A stretch of DNA of 64,000 bases from an uncultured Methanoregulaceae archaeon (GTDB lineage: Archaea > Halobacteriota > Methanomicrobia > Methanomicrobiales > Methanospirillaceae): contig OY969564.1 of assembly GCA_963701095.1 (NCBI GenBank), positions 736,001-800,000 of the forward strand. The letters run 5' to 3'. Of the stretch, positions 22,153-33,428 are shown piece by piece. Within the stretch, counting starts at the first letter, position 1, and each line of letters starts with the position of its first letter. The notes under the pieces are model-generated. The model was not told where the DNA came from. It saw only the letters and a program-made list of their open reading frames with translations, and did not search any database. Both the position numbers and the translations under genes were made by a program.

Positions 22153-23373
22153 TTACTTGTTGATGTGCACGACTTTTGCCGGAGGAAATCCGTTAAAGTA
22201 CGTGGATGAAGCAATTGAATAGGCCCCGATGTTTTCTGAATAGACAAGATCACCGATCTCCAGGTCAGGAAGTTCTGCAGAGAGCGTGATCGTATCGAAG
22301 GCATCACAGGTCGGTCCGAAAACTGCCGAGATCCGTTTTGGCCCTTCTTTAAACGCGAGGACCGGATAGGTGCAATGATCGAAGACCTGGCCCGAGTAGG
22401 TATGGTACACACCATCATTAATGTAATAGCAGGGTTTACCGTCCCGGAACGCTTTGCCAACGACTTTGGCAACAAGAGTACAGGCATTTGCGACAAGGAA
22501 CCGGCCAGGCTCGGCGAGGATCTCCATGTCACACGGGAAAAGACGGGCGATTTCGGCGTTGAGTTTTACTGCCAGTTCTTCGATTGACCTGACTTCCGGG
22601 TTGTATTTCACGGGGAAACCGCCGCCAATATCGAGGATCCGGATCTTCTTACAGAGCCGGTGCTCCACTTCGTCGATGATATCGGCAGATATCTGGAGCG
22701 CGACGACGTAGTTCTCAAAATTGGTGCACTGGCTTCCCACATGGAAACTGAGGCCCTCGACGACAAGACCGAGGTCAAAAGCCGCGGCAATCAGGTCGAC
22801 GGCTTCTCCCGGGTCTGCCCCGAATTTGCTGGAAAGTTCGACCATGGACCCGGTGTTTGGGACACGAAGCCGCAGCACAAGACCGGCCTGGGGGGCATGG
22901 GCCCGGATCTTTTTTAGTTCTTCCAGATTATCGAACGTTACCAAAGGTTTGTACTGGTTAAGCTCCTCGAGGGTTTCAATGGGCTTTATCGTATTTGCAT
23001 AGATGATACGATCCCATATCCAGTCCTGGCGTTCCTTATCGGGAAGATCCTTGATAAAATTATATACAACCATGAACTCGGGCATGGAAGCGACATCAAA
23101 ACTTGCGCCCATATCCATGAGCGTTTTTACAATATCGGGATTTGAGTTCGCTTTGACAGCAAAATAAACCTGAATTTTGGGCAGGTTTTCCTTGAACTCG
23201 CGATAATTGTCACGGATCTTCTTATGATCTATAACAAAAATGGGGGTTCCTTCTTTTCGTGCTAAATCCTCGAGCATCTGACGACGTCCCCTGTCCATGT
23301 GGGAGACCGTGTCATCCTGCCTGCATGTGTTTGTTGTTGTGTTCACGTCAGTTCCTCTGCTTTGTTGGTACAT
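22153..23373 (-). CDS. Fold-type III PLP ornithine/lysine decarboxylase
   Basis: FAVKAN, FDVAS, FHVGSQ, DIGGG, EPGR, GPTCD. Confidence 0.9.
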   Translation of the reverse strand: MYQQSRGTDVNTTTNTCRQDDTVSHMDRGRRQMLEDLARKEGTPIFVIDHKKIRDNYREFKENLPKIQVYFAVKANSNPDIVKTLMDMGASFDVASMPEFMVVYNFIKDLPDKERQDWIWDRIIYANTIKPIETLEELNQYKPLVTFDNLEELKKIRAHAPQAGLVLRLRVPNTGSMVELSSKFGADPGEAVDLIAAAFDLGLVVEGLSFHVGSQCTNFENYVVALQISADIIDEVEHRLCKKIRILDIGGGFPVKYNPEVRSIEELAVKLNAEIARLFPCDMEILAEPGRFLVANACTLVAKVVGKAFRDGKPCYYINDGVYHTYSGQVFDHCTYPVLAFKEGPKRISAVFGPTCDAFDTITLSAELPDLEIGDLVYSENIGAYSIASSTYFNGFPPAKVVHINK

Positions 23374-23377
23374 TCAT

Positions 23378-24820
23378 TCATCGCACAAATAAGAAGTTTT
23401 TGAATTGCCAGACATCATCGCGGTCGTAATTGTTTTCTGGATTTTCCCGGAAATAGACCGTCCGGTTCTTAAGAGGAGTCCAGTCAAATGGCCCGGATGA
23501 GAATTCACCGAGGTAAGGCTTTGCGATGTCAAGGACAAACTGGTGAGGCAGGTCATCGGGCAGGCAGAAACCTTTCCGGGGATTTTCGATCATCCACATC
23601 ACCGCAGAAACCACGCCGAGCGCGACCTGGATGGTTGTCGCGTTCTGTCCCGGTGCAAGTTTCCGTGCTTCATCTATAGAGAGAATACTTCCGGTCCACC
23701 ATGAATTATACGGGTGACCCATAAGGAGCGCGCCGAGCATATCTGAACCCACAGAGATTTCCCGGTCGTTCATAATACGGATCTTTGGTTGGAGCTCGTA
23801 GTTCCTGCCCCGGAGTTCATGAAGGGAGGCAATAGTTGCATCACAGGGCATATACGCGTAGTTCACGGTCGGCCGGTAGATTGCCTTACCGTCGCGCCAG
23901 ACCGTCCACCGATCTGATATACCAAAAGCCTCCCCGTGCCGGATCACCATGCCTACAATCTCCTGTTCCGGCACCCATGACCGGACCCAGGTGTTGATCC
24001 CCATGTGGGGAAGCATAATCGCGTTTTTGGGGCCCGCTGCAGGGACAATGGCGTCAGGAGGCAGGGTCTTTTCATGGGTACCCCACCCGATCTCTGCCGG
24101 GGCTGTTCCTTCTTCAAGAAGACCCTCAATACACCAGGTCCCGACAAACTCGTCCACTTTTTTCGGCGACCGGGATATCTGCGTGTCGCGTTCGGAACAA
24201 TGTATGACCCGGATGCCGACTTCCATGGCAAGTTCGTTGAACTTTTGATCAGCAATCAGGGATTTAAACCGGGCAGGATCCTGTGCCTTTCCGTCTTCCA
24301 TCATCTTGTGGGCGATATCGACAAGTCCCTGTTTTGTCATATGCGAAATCAGGCCCGGATTAGCCCCATGATCGACCACACAGGTTGTGGAATCTTTCCA
24401 GTCCCGGGTAATCTCCCGCATTTTCATCTGCCGGTAATACAGGGACTTCTCTACCGGGCTTGCCGTATAGCGTTCACCGAGCGGGTCCCATGCTTCTACG
24501 GAAGTATTCACATAGAGCACGTTATGTTCGTGGCACCACTGGACAATATCGCCACAATCGATGTTCCAGGCAAGATCGATGAGGAGTCCCCCCTCTGACA
24601 GGGCATCTGAGAGGACAGCACCAAGGTTTTCCGGGGTAATCTTCCGTTTCAGGAACCGGAGACCCCGGGTCGTATATGCTTTAAGTTCAGGTGATTTTTC
24701 CTTAAAATCGACAATGGTGATGTTCTCAAGGGGGATATTGACATGCCGAAGCAGGATGGGAAGCGTGCATTTGGACACGGCGCCATAACCGATAATGAGT
24801 ACTCTGTTTTTGAAATCCAT
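23378..24820 (-). CDS. hss: Homospermidine synthase
   Basis: IIGYGAV, HGANPGLIS, SERDTQ, NATTIQV. Confidence 0.88.
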   Translation of the reverse strand: MDFKNRVLIIGYGAVSKCTLPILLRHVNIPLENITIVDFKEKSPELKAYTTRGLRFLKRKITPENLGAVLSDALSEGGLLIDLAWNIDCGDIVQWCHEHNVLYVNTSVEAWDPLGERYTASPVEKSLYYRQMKMREITRDWKDSTTCVVDHGANPGLISHMTKQGLVDIAHKMMEDGKAQDPARFKSLIADQKFNELAMEVGIRVIHCSERDTQISRSPKKVDEFVGTWCIEGLLEEGTAPAEIGWGTHEKTLPPDAIVPAAGPKNAIMLPHMGINTWVRSWVPEQEIVGMVIRHGEAFGISDRWTVWRDGKAIYRPTVNYAYMPCDATIASLHELRGRNYELQPKIRIMNDREISVGSDMLGALLMGHPYNSWWTGSILSIDEARKLAPGQNATTIQVALGVVSAVMWMIENPRKGFCLPDDLPHQFVLDIAKPYLGEFSSGPFDWTPLKNRTVYFRENPENNYDRDDVWQFKNFLFVR

Positions 24821-24977
24821 CCCTACCCTCCCGGGGTGTACATTGAATTTGTTGTATTTTAGGCTCTTGAACGTTATAAAAGAATGAGAAAATGTCCAAA
24901 CGTGTCGATTGTTTTCCCGGCAAAGAAAAAGCGGTTACTTATTTGAGGATGGTTACAATATACCGGCAGGTGATCCT

Positions 24978-25160
24978 TTGTCAAAACGGGCAGTTGACCT
25001 GGTCTTTTCTGCAACCTATATGCTCACCGATCTCCGCATGATCCTGCGCGAGACGGCTCCGGCGCACGAACTGGACGAGCATCAGCGGGCAGAAGCAGCC
25101 CGCCTGCTTGAGAATCTCGAGCGGCAGGTTGGTTCTCTGAAACAGGAGATGCTGAAATGA
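24978..25160 (+). CDS. Small helical protein coupled to pscS (SepCysE N-terminal-like)
   Basis: TTG start after AGGTGA, 60 aa, ATGA overlap with pscS. Confidence 0.6.
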   Translation: MSKRAVDLVFSATYMLTDLRMILRETAPAHELDEHQRAEAARLLENLERQVGSLKQEMLK

Positions 25161-26338
25161 AGTGCGGGAACGGGATCGAGGCCCGGCAGGTAAACGAGCT
25201 TTTTATCAATATCGATCCCATCCAGGCGGGGGGGCGCCTTACCGGTGATGCGATGAAGGCGATCATTGCATACGGAGACGGCTATTCTGTCTGCGACAAC
25301 TGCCGGAAACCAAACAGGCTCGACTGTATTGCAAAACCACCGATAGCAGAATTTCACAAAGACGTTGCAGCATGGCTCAATATGGATGCTGCCCGGATGA
25401 TGCCCGGTGCCCGACGGGGTTTTCAGGCAGTCGCCCATACCTATGTATCCAAAGGGGACCCGGTGCTCCTGACATCGCTCTCGCATTACACGGAGTTCCT
25501 TGCCGTAGAAGGAGCGCAGGGAGTTCCCTGTGAGATACCCGCAGACAACCGGCATATCGTCACCCCTGATGCAACAGCGGAAAAAATTGAGGAAGTCAGG
25601 CAGAAATTCAAAAAAGATCCTGTGCTTGCCTTAATCGACCACGTGGATTACCAGTACGGGAATCTCCATGATGTCACCGGTATTGCAAAAGTGGCCCGCC
25701 AGTACGATATCCCGGTACTCTGCAACGGCGCCTACACTGTGGGTACAATGCCGGTGGACGGAAAAGCATTAGGAGTTGATTTTGTAGTAGGATCAGGCCA
25801 TAAAAGCATGGCGGCGCCAGCGCCGTCCGGGGTCCTTGCTGCGACTGCAGAACGGGCTAAAGAGATCTTTCGCACGACCGCAATCGAAGGAGATGTGACA
25901 GGCAGGAAATTTGGTATCAAGGAACCCGAGCTGATGGGCTGCACACTGATGGGCGCGACGCTTGTCGGGATGATGGCCTCGTTTCCCCATGTTAAAGAAC
26001 GGGTAAATCATTTCGACCGGGAACTTGCCAACAACCGGGTTGTTATGGAAGCACTTCTGTCCATCGAAGGAACAAAGATTCTCTCAGAATACCCGCGAAA
26101 ACATACCCTGACCCGGATTGATACGACGGGATCTTTTGACCAGATTGCAGGAACCCACAAGAAAAAAGGATTCTATTTCTCGTCTGCGTTAAACGACAAG
26201 GGGATATTCGGGCTCATCCCCGGTGCGACCCGGATCTGGAAATTCAATACCTACGGCACGACAGAAAAACAGGCGCGGTACCTCGCCGAAGCTTTTGTCG
26301 CGGTGGCAAAAGAGAACGGGCTTCCGGTAACGCCGTAA
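25157..26338 (+). CDS. pscS: Sep-tRNA:Cys-tRNA synthase
   Basis: INIDPIQAGG, GDGYSVCDNC, GSGHKS, ELMGCT. Confidence 0.95.
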   Translation: MKCGNGIEARQVNELFINIDPIQAGGRLTGDAMKAIIAYGDGYSVCDNCRKPNRLDCIAKPPIAEFHKDVAAWLNMDAARMMPGARRGFQAVAHTYVSKGDPVLLTSLSHYTEFLAVEGAQGVPCEIPADNRHIVTPDATAEKIEEVRQKFKKDPVLALIDHVDYQYGNLHDVTGIAKVARQYDIPVLCNGAYTVGTMPVDGKALGVDFVVGSGHKSMAAPAPSGVLAATAERAKEIFRTTAIEGDVTGRKFGIKEPELMGCTLMGATLVGMMASFPHVKERVNHFDRELANNRVVMEALLSIEGTKILSEYPRKHTLTRIDTTGSFDQIAGTHKKKGFYFSSALNDKGIFGLIPGATRIWKFNTYGTTEKQARYLAEAFVAVAKENGLPVTP

Positions 26339-26375
26339 ATACCGGTCAAAACAGGGATCCAGGAAAGGTGGGCCC

Positions 26376-27857
26376 ATGCTCAAAAAATGTGATCTGACTA
26401 AAAAAACCGATACTACAACCTATGTGGAGAAGATTGCCTCCCTGCAGGTTCATCTTGGCGAGCTCCAGCGGCAACTGCGGGAGAAGAAGATCCCCGTTAT
26501 AATCCTTGTTGAAGGCTGGAACGCTTCCGGGATCACCGTGACCATCCAGGAACTTATCCGGTATCTAGACCCCCGGGGCTTTACACTCTCTTCGATTGGT
26601 TCACCGACAGCCCGCGAGAAAAGCAGGCCCCTGATGTGGCGGTTCTGGAACCGTATTCCCGTTCGGGGCAGGATCGCGATCTTTGCACGGAGCTGGTACA
26701 GCAGAACTCTGGCCGAGGAAACCGAAGGACCCGGGTGGGAACAACGCGTGGATCGGGCCATTTGTTCCATCAACCGGTTCGAGCAGGAGCTCACTGAAGA
26801 CGGGACCGTCATTATCAAGATCTTCCTTCACATCAGTAAAAAAGAGCAGAGAAAACGGCTCCTTGAGCGGGAGACCAACCCCCTGACCTCTTGGATGATC
26901 ACCAAAGGAGACTGGGATTTCCATCACGAATACGACGCTTACTTTCCGGTAATCGATGCCATTCTTGCAAAGACCAGTATGCCCTATGCACCCTGGATCG
27001 TGATAGGAGCCACGGACCAAAACTACACGATTTACACCTGTTACCAGGAAGTTATAAAAATACTCGAGCGAAAACTCGGTGACACCGGGAAGAGAAAAAA
27101 GCCGGACGCAAGGACCAGGCCCAGGTTCAGCCCGGAGATTGTCCCGGTTGTCCGTAGGAAATCGTTACCGGACGACACGCAGGAAAAAGTGGAATGGGAA
27201 AAACAGGTAGAAAACTCCCAGAAAAAGGTACGGGACTGCCAGTACCCGGCTGTTTAAACGCAATATCCCGTTAGCTATTCTCTTTGAAGGACGGGATGCG
27301 GCAGGGAAAGGCGGTGCGATAATGCGCCTCACCTATGACCTGAACCCCCGGGGGTATAGTGTCGTACCCGTGGCAGCTCCAAACGATCAGGAAAAAGAAC
27401 TTCACTACCTCTGGCGCTTTATCAGGCATTACCCGGCTGCCGGTCATATAACGATTTACGACCGGAGCTGGTATGGGAGGGTACTGGTTGAACGCGTCGA
27501 AGGTTTCTGCACAAAAACAGAGTGGAAAAGGGCCTATACTGAGATTAATGAGATCGAGGAAGAATTAGTAAACTGGGGAGGGGGCCTTTTAAAAATCTGG
27601 CTTGAAATAAGCCCCGAAGAGCAGCTCCGGCGTTTTATGCAACGAGAAAACGATCCCCTCAAACAATGGAAAATAACTGAAGAGGACTGGCGTAACCGTG
27701 AGCACTGGGAAACATACGGAGCGGTAATCGACGAAATGTTCAACAAGACAAGCACGAACTATGCACCGTGGAACGTGATAGAATCCGATAACAAGTGGTA
27801 TGCCCGGTAAAAACACTGGAAACGGTCGCGGACTACTGTGAACACCTGCTCCGATAA
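26376..27857 (+). pseudogene. Polyphosphate:AMP phosphotransferase (tandem PPK2), frameshifts near 27245 and 27805
   Basis: EGWNASG/ARSWY first domain; EGRDAAGKGG/DRSWYGRVLVERV second domain. Confidence 0.8.
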
Positions 27858-27906
27858 AACCCATCCCCCTTTTTATTATTAGTGCTTTAATTATGAGTAA
27901 CTCCAA

Positions 27907-28293
27907 ATGGAAATGATGACACGTGCATCCATTCTCATAGTTGAAGATGATGGGCTGATCGCGATGCACCTCTGTGAAACCCTGGAAAAGGCAGGTTACC
28001 ACGTAATGAACCCCGAAAATTCCGGGGAAAACGCAATCAGCCGGATTGGAAAGGGCCTTTGTCCCGATGTTATTCTTATGGATATCGGGCTTGGAGGAAA
28101 ACTCGACGGCATCCAGACGAGCCGGGAGATACGACAGATTCGTGATATTCCGGTCATATTCCTCACAGCGTATTCAAATGAAGGACGTATCGCTGAGGCA
28201 AAGAAAATTTCCCCCTACGGATACATCCTCAAACCGTGTATGGAACATGATCTGGTGGGCGCCATTGAGAAGGCTTTACACCATAATCTTTAA
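27907..28293 (+). CDS. Single-domain response regulator
   Basis: IVEDD, ILMDI, FLTAY, KP. Confidence 0.9.
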   Translation: MEMMTRASILIVEDDGLIAMHLCETLEKAGYHVMNPENSGENAISRIGKGLCPDVILMDIGLGGKLDGIQTSREIRQIRDIPVIFLTAYSNEGRIAEAKKISPYGYILKPCMEHDLVGAIEKALHHNL

Positions 28294-29483
28294 AGGATAG
28301 TCCCGTTCCGTGCGGTAACATACCTGACTTGGGAAAGGACGATCGCCAGCAGCTCATCAACACCGAGTTTTTCTTCACTTTCCCTGACCGCAAGGCCCGC
28401 TGCAGCGGTCGCCGGCATCCGAGGCACTGCCTGGCAGGCAAGGTCTCCCTGTTTTTCCATAAATGTCCCGATCTTCCGGGCAAGCGTAATCGTCTCAGCT
28501 TTGTCATAGGTGATAAGCGGCCGAAGCACCGGAACGGTCGTGGCATCAGCAATCACCGCAAGGTTTGCTAAAGTCTGGGAGGCTACCTGACCAAGATTTT
28601 CGCCGGTAAGGATTGCCTGTGCCCCCTCGCGGCCACACAGGCTTGCGGCAACCCGGAGCATAAACCGTTTGCAAAGGACACACCGCAGCCGGACCGGGAT
28701 GTGGCGTTCCTGCATCCGGTCATAGAAGGGTTCGGTATCGACAATGATCATCTGCAGATCAAAACCTGGACACCACAGCGAGAGCCGCCGGTGGTTTTCG
28801 ATCGCCGTTTCAAGAACATCACTGCCAGCCCATCTCCCGCCATCCATATGCAGGTGTGACACCTCGCAGCCCCGCTTCATAGCGAGCCACGAAGCAACCG
28901 GGGAATCGATCCCGGAAGACAAAAGGCAGAGCACCCGGCCCTGTGAACCCCACGGAAGACCCCCGGGTGCCGGTATACGCGCATCATAGACAAAACCCCC
29001 GCAGTCCCGGACTTCTGCAAAAAGCTCATACTCCGGGTTTGTAAGGTCGACAGAGAGTCCCGGGATCGCGTCATAAATAACGGAACCTATGAACTCGCCC
29101 AGCTGCTGGCTGTTCATACCAGTCTTGGTCTGTCGCTTAGCCCGCACGGCAAACCGGCAGGGTGCAAAAACATGGGAAATGGCAAGAGCGACTGCCGCAT
29201 CACGGAGAGCTTCGGGGGTCGCCTCAACCCGCATACAGACGCTTACATCCACGATACCGAAAATCCGTGCAATGATACCTGCAATCTCTTCCGGTTTTTC
29301 CCCATAGACAAAAATCCTTCCCCGGGGACTTTCGAACCGGCAGGAATGGCCGGCCGTTTCCAGTGCTTTTCGGATGTTACGGAGCAGGATACCAATAAAA
29401 TGGTACATGACGGGATCACTTTTCAGGAAAAGCTCGCCGTATCGAACCATAACAACTTTTTCCGGTTCCTGGCATCCATTCAT
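28290..29483 (-). CDS. thiI: tRNA 4-thiouridine synthase ThiI
   Basis: VRYGELFLKS, THUMP, LSSGIDSPVA, CVLCKR, LGQVASQT; start uncertain. Confidence 0.9.
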   Translation of the reverse strand: MNGCQEPEKVVMVRYGELFLKSDPVMYHFIGILLRNIRKALETAGHSCRFESPRGRIFVYGEKPEEIAGIIARIFGIVDVSVCMRVEATPEALRDAAVALAISHVFAPCRFAVRAKRQTKTGMNSQQLGEFIGSVIYDAIPGLSVDLTNPEYELFAEVRDCGGFVYDARIPAPGGLPWGSQGRVLCLLSSGIDSPVASWLAMKRGCEVSHLHMDGGRWAGSDVLETAIENHRRLSLWCPGFDLQMIIVDTEPFYDRMQERHIPVRLRCVLCKRFMLRVAASLCGREGAQAILTGENLGQVASQTLANLAVIADATTVPVLRPLITYDKAETITLARKIGTFMEKQGDLACQAVPRMPATAAAGLAVRESEEKLGVDELLAIVLSQVRYVTARNGTIL

Positions 29484-29584
29484 GGTTACCCTAGATATTG
29501 GATGGCACAAGCTGATAACCGTTAGCGGAAACGAAAACGGGAATAACGAAACCATTTAATCGGCGCAGGGAATAGTGTACTGAA

Positions 29585-30217
29585 ATGGCAAAGAAGTCGA
29601 GCAATAAAGCAGAAGAGGCACCATTGAAACTCTTCTACATTTTCTATAACCAGGAACGCTGGGACAACTGGGTAAAATCGCTGAGCGAAGCAAGTTTCGA
29701 GGTCGATACCAAGAGCGAAGAGATGCCTGAAGGGTTCCGGATACTCGATGGTTTCTCGGTCGATATCACCCTCGAGGTGCTCAAGATCATAAAGCTCTTC
29801 CAGAACAAGCGTTTCACCAGTGAAGAGGCACAGGAAAAGCTGGTACAGGTCGAAGCAATTGTCATGGCAGCCGCACCCTCTGGAGATCTTGAGGAGCTCA
29901 TTGAGATCCTCCAGCTCCCCAAGCTTGTGCTCTTTGCATCCTGCCGCAAGTACCTGGCCGGCGGGTTTGAGAAGGATATAAAAACGCTGGTGAAAAAAGG
30001 CAGGGATACCATCGATAAGGATATGGAACAGGCGCTCGAAATCGCATCAAATATCGGTGCGAGCGTGATTGATGGTGCAGCCTGCTGCGGGAAATACGTA
30101 AAAGACGATCTCGAGAACCCGACCCTGTTTGACGAATGGCTTATCGAGTGCGAGAGAATATTCGAAGCGATGGGCTCACTCAAAAATTTTGATGAGTCAA
30201 CTGGAGAAGACGATTGA
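29585..30217 (+). CDS. DUF2150-like methanogen protein
   Basis: FYNQERWDNW, IGASVIDG. Confidence 0.75.
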   Translation: MAKKSSNKAEEAPLKLFYIFYNQERWDNWVKSLSEASFEVDTKSEEMPEGFRILDGFSVDITLEVLKIIKLFQNKRFTSEEAQEKLVQVEAIVMAAAPSGDLEELIEILQLPKLVLFASCRKYLAGGFEKDIKTLVKKGRDTIDKDMEQALEIASNIGASVIDGAACCGKYVKDDLENPTLFDEWLIECERIFEAMGSLKNFDESTGEDD

Positions 30218-30666
30218 TTGCCGGGAGAGCACGGTTCCGTCACGCAAAAAAGATCGAACGACTTGCCGGCTACCGTGTGCCCGAGTTCGCCTTCTCTCCG
30301 GTGATGCTGGAGACCATCACCACGCGTTTTAATTTTGATGAACTCGATTTTTCCATCCGGGAACAGCTGTTACATTTTTTCGATGATTTTCTCCGGTGCA
30401 AATGCAAAAATTCACCGTTATGCGGCTGCCCGGAAAAAAAATTTGCAAAAAAAGTTATCGAACTGCGCGAGAACGGCCTTGACCATCGCCAGATTGCAGC
30501 ATACCTTTCCGATGAATACGGGATCGAAATCTTTCCAGCAGATGTGCTTTCGTTCCTGGAAGACTCGGTGCACGTCCTTGAAGCTATTGCAGACATTGCG
30601 TGCCTGAAAGGTGAAGAAACACTTGCCGCAAAGACCAACGAGCATATCCGGCTTATTGAGCGGTGA
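30214..30666 (+). CDS. DUF5814-like protein
   Basis: FLRCKCKNSPLCGC, YGIEIFPADVLSFLE. Confidence 0.7.
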   Translation: MIAGRARFRHAKKIERLAGYRVPEFAFSPVMLETITTRFNFDELDFSIREQLLHFFDDFLRCKCKNSPLCGCPEKKFAKKVIELRENGLDHRQIAAYLSDEYGIEIFPADVLSFLEDSVHVLEAIADIACLKGEETLAAKTNEHIRLIER

Positions 30667-31420
30667 ACCGGACACAGGAAAAAGCTCCTTTTGCTTCGGA
30701 CACTTTCTCTTGTCCAGAAAGTTTATATTACAAAATGTAATATCTACTTTACATGGAGTTGGTGAATCAACCAACACCAGCATAACCGGAGAACAACTTC
30801 CACCCGACATGCAAAAACGGAAACCTGGCGGCTCTCCGGCGGCAGGTCCTCGAGAAATCTACGAATAAGGAGATGATAGAGAAAACATGGGACTATTAAG
30901 TATAACGAACTTCCGAACGCCAGAGTTGGCAGGGATAATGCATACCAGATCGTGAACCCTTGTAAAGATCCCCGTACCAGTTTATGACCATCCCCACCCG
31001 ATGGAATAAAGCTGCACAGAAAGATTAAATCACGATCCAAAACCAGGACAAGACAAGTACCTCTTCATCAGAACCATTAATCCTGAAAAATATGTGGGAG
31101 GAAAATCTCCCGCACCTTTTTACTTTCTTTTTGCAATTGTTTGGCACTGAAAAAACTCACATGAGTCCAAACTCAAGCAAAAATGATGAATGACAATGGG
31201 TTTTTTATAATAAAACCTCTCCAATAATCAGAGGAGAGAAAGATATCTTAAATTTTGAGAGGTCATAGATATCATCTTGATTTTAAGTTCCATGCCTTTT
31301 CGGGCGCTTTACAAAAGAACGGACGGCCCCCTAGGATTTCATTTTAGAAATGGGAGAAAATGGAGAGTATCCAAATCATTTTAATCTTCTCCGGTAAGAG
31401 GGAATGTCGGTGAGATTCAG

Positions 31421-31834
31421 ATGAAATACACTCCTGAAAAAGTTTACTGGGTGATCCTGGTTGTTATCCTTGGAACATTCATCACTGTAGCTGGGTGTAC
31501 CGGTACAGCGTCGGTATCGCCATCGACCCCGACAACAACTGCATCAACACCGGCACCTGTCACAGGAGCTGTGACGGTCAATATTCAGAACTTTGCATTC
31601 AGTCCGGCAAGCATCACTATCTCCCACGGAACGACAGTGACATGGGTGAACCAAGACTCTGTTAACCACCAGATCCTCAATGATGCAGCAGGAACATTTG
31701 CTGAGGGTGCACTATTCTCAAGCGATTCTTTATTGAATGGTAAAGGTTATTCCTTCACATTCGATACGCCCGGCACCTACCCGTACCATTGCAGTATTCA
31801 CCCATATATGAAGGGAACAGTTATTGTAACCTGA
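31421..31834 (+). CDS. Cupredoxin (plastocyanin-like) lipoprotein
   Basis: Lipobox AGC, AFSP, VTWVN, YHCSIHPYM. Confidence 0.9.
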   Translation: MKYTPEKVYWVILVVILGTFITVAGCTGTASVSPSTPTTTASTPAPVTGAVTVNIQNFAFSPASITISHGTTVTWVNQDSVNHQILNDAAGTFAEGALFSSDSLLNGKGYSFTFDTPGTYPYHCSIHPYMKGTVIVT

Positions 31835-31871
31835 TTTCTTCATTAATTTTAAAATCGCAGTTTTCATCCCA

Positions 31872-32093
31872 TCAGTAGAAAAATTGCCACGTTACCAGTG
31901 TTATGTGAATAAGTGCAAAAATAAAAGTAACTCCGGCCATTCTCATATGCCATTTAAAGGGAATATGGTAGAGTCCCTTTAACACAAGAATACCCATTGT
32001 GGCTGTTATGATCAGGCAGATAAACGTAATAACCCCAAAATACAGCGCAATAGGAAGACCATAAATCACGATATGTCCAAGGGAAGTAATCAT
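31872..32093 (-). CDS. Small two-TM membrane protein
   Basis: Two hydrophobic helices with His residues. Confidence 0.6.
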   Translation of the reverse strand: MITSLGHIVIYGLPIALYFGVITFICLIITATMGILVLKGLYHIPFKWHMRMAGVTFIFALIHITLVTWQFFY

Positions 32094-32500
32094 AATTTCA
32101 TTATTACAGTAACCGGTTATATAAATAAATAATGAGAAAACATGGCTTTAGCAACCAAAATAGACCGATCTTGCTATAAGCAATTCTCTTCTCACAATGA
32201 CGGTTAATGGGTAAATCCAGTACCTTGGTGAATAGAGAGAAGGTAGCCATAGACAGAAATATACATTGCAGCCCTGAACCTTGGATTTTTTTTTAAAAGA
32301 CCGTTTCTCCGGAATATGCCGGACGTTCTACTATCACCATTCTTTACCGGCTTTATTGTATCTCCTTTTATTCGTGGACAGAGAAGCGTCAACGCGGCTG
32401 GTCAATCCGGGCGTGCTCACCGGCCAATTCATTTTCACGCCCCCCTCCATGAGTTTATGCACAGCCAATCGGAGACATTTGCCTGCAGGAGGATTTTTCC

Positions 32501-33049
32501 ATAACGAAAAAGGTAAAGGATCCATACCAGGAAATCATCGCGGAATTCGCAACAATTGGGAACATCGCCGGTCTTGATGCAGTAGCAGAAGGAACTACCT
32601 GGCAGAATTTCGAGAGGCTCGCGGGCTTCATCTTTGAGATGAACGGGTTTGCTATAACTGTCGGCACCGTCAAGACCCGGAACCGGAAGCGGAGGCAGTA
32701 CGATGTCATTGCCCGGAAGAACGACCGTACTCTTCTCGTCGAATGCAAGCAGTGGTCGGGCAGCCGCTACCGTCTCTCAGCGCTGAAGAAGGCGGTTATC
32801 CAGCACCGGGAACGGGCGCTGTTTTACGAGAGTGTTACAAACGAGAATGCTGTTCCCATCATCGTCACGCTCATAGAAGAAGAGATCCGGATTTTCGAGG
32901 GCGTCCCCTTGGTTCCGGTGCACCGGCTTAACACCTTCATCGGGGAACTTGAGAATTTTCCGGATGGGATTTCATCTGGGGAATTTGAGGATCTGGAGGA
33001 AGGGATAACAGAGCAGGCGGGGGAGGTTCAGCCGGATCCGGCGGGATGA
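32501..33049 (+). CDS. PD-(D/E)XK restriction-endonuclease-like (Mrr-type) protein
   Basis: WQNFERLAGFIFEMNGF, QYDVIA, LLVECKQW; frame is open upstream of ATG 32639 to an ATA at 32501 after AGGAGG. Confidence 0.65.
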   Translation: MTKKVKDPYQEIIAEFATIGNIAGLDAVAEGTTWQNFERLAGFIFEMNGFAITVGTVKTRNRKRRQYDVIARKNDRTLLVECKQWSGSRYRLSALKKAVIQHRERALFYESVTNENAVPIIVTLIEEEIRIFEGVPLVPVHRLNTFIGELENFPDGISSGEFEDLEEGITEQAGEVQPDPAG

Positions 33050-33104
33050 TGATCGGAAAGGAATGAATTGCAAATCCGGTAACAATATTGTGAAAGAAAG
33101 AAAC

Positions 33105-33128
33105 CGGGCGTGAAAAATTCCACGCCCG
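33105..33128. terminator. Perfect 8-bp hairpin, possible terminator
   Basis: cgggcgtg-aaaaattc-cacgcccg downstream of the nuclease gene. Confidence 0.35.
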
Positions 33129-33428
33129 ACAGAGAATTTATGTGCACAATGGATGCGATTTCTGACCGCGTTTCCCAAAACGGTCGAATTTATGTAGACT
33201 GAGTATATTTAAAAATTCTTGGTCACTTTCTATTTTTTGAGAATACGATTTTGCCTTGTCCTGTCTGATAGAAAATCCTCAAACAAACGGATAGTGCTGT
33301 AACATCTCCTCTCCACAATTTTCCTTTAAAAGATACAACCCGAATAATGCTGAAAGGGGAAAAATAAAAGACCTATCATAAAGGTTGTCCGTTAATCTTA
33401 TGCTTTGAAGAAAATCATAGAGTAGAAG

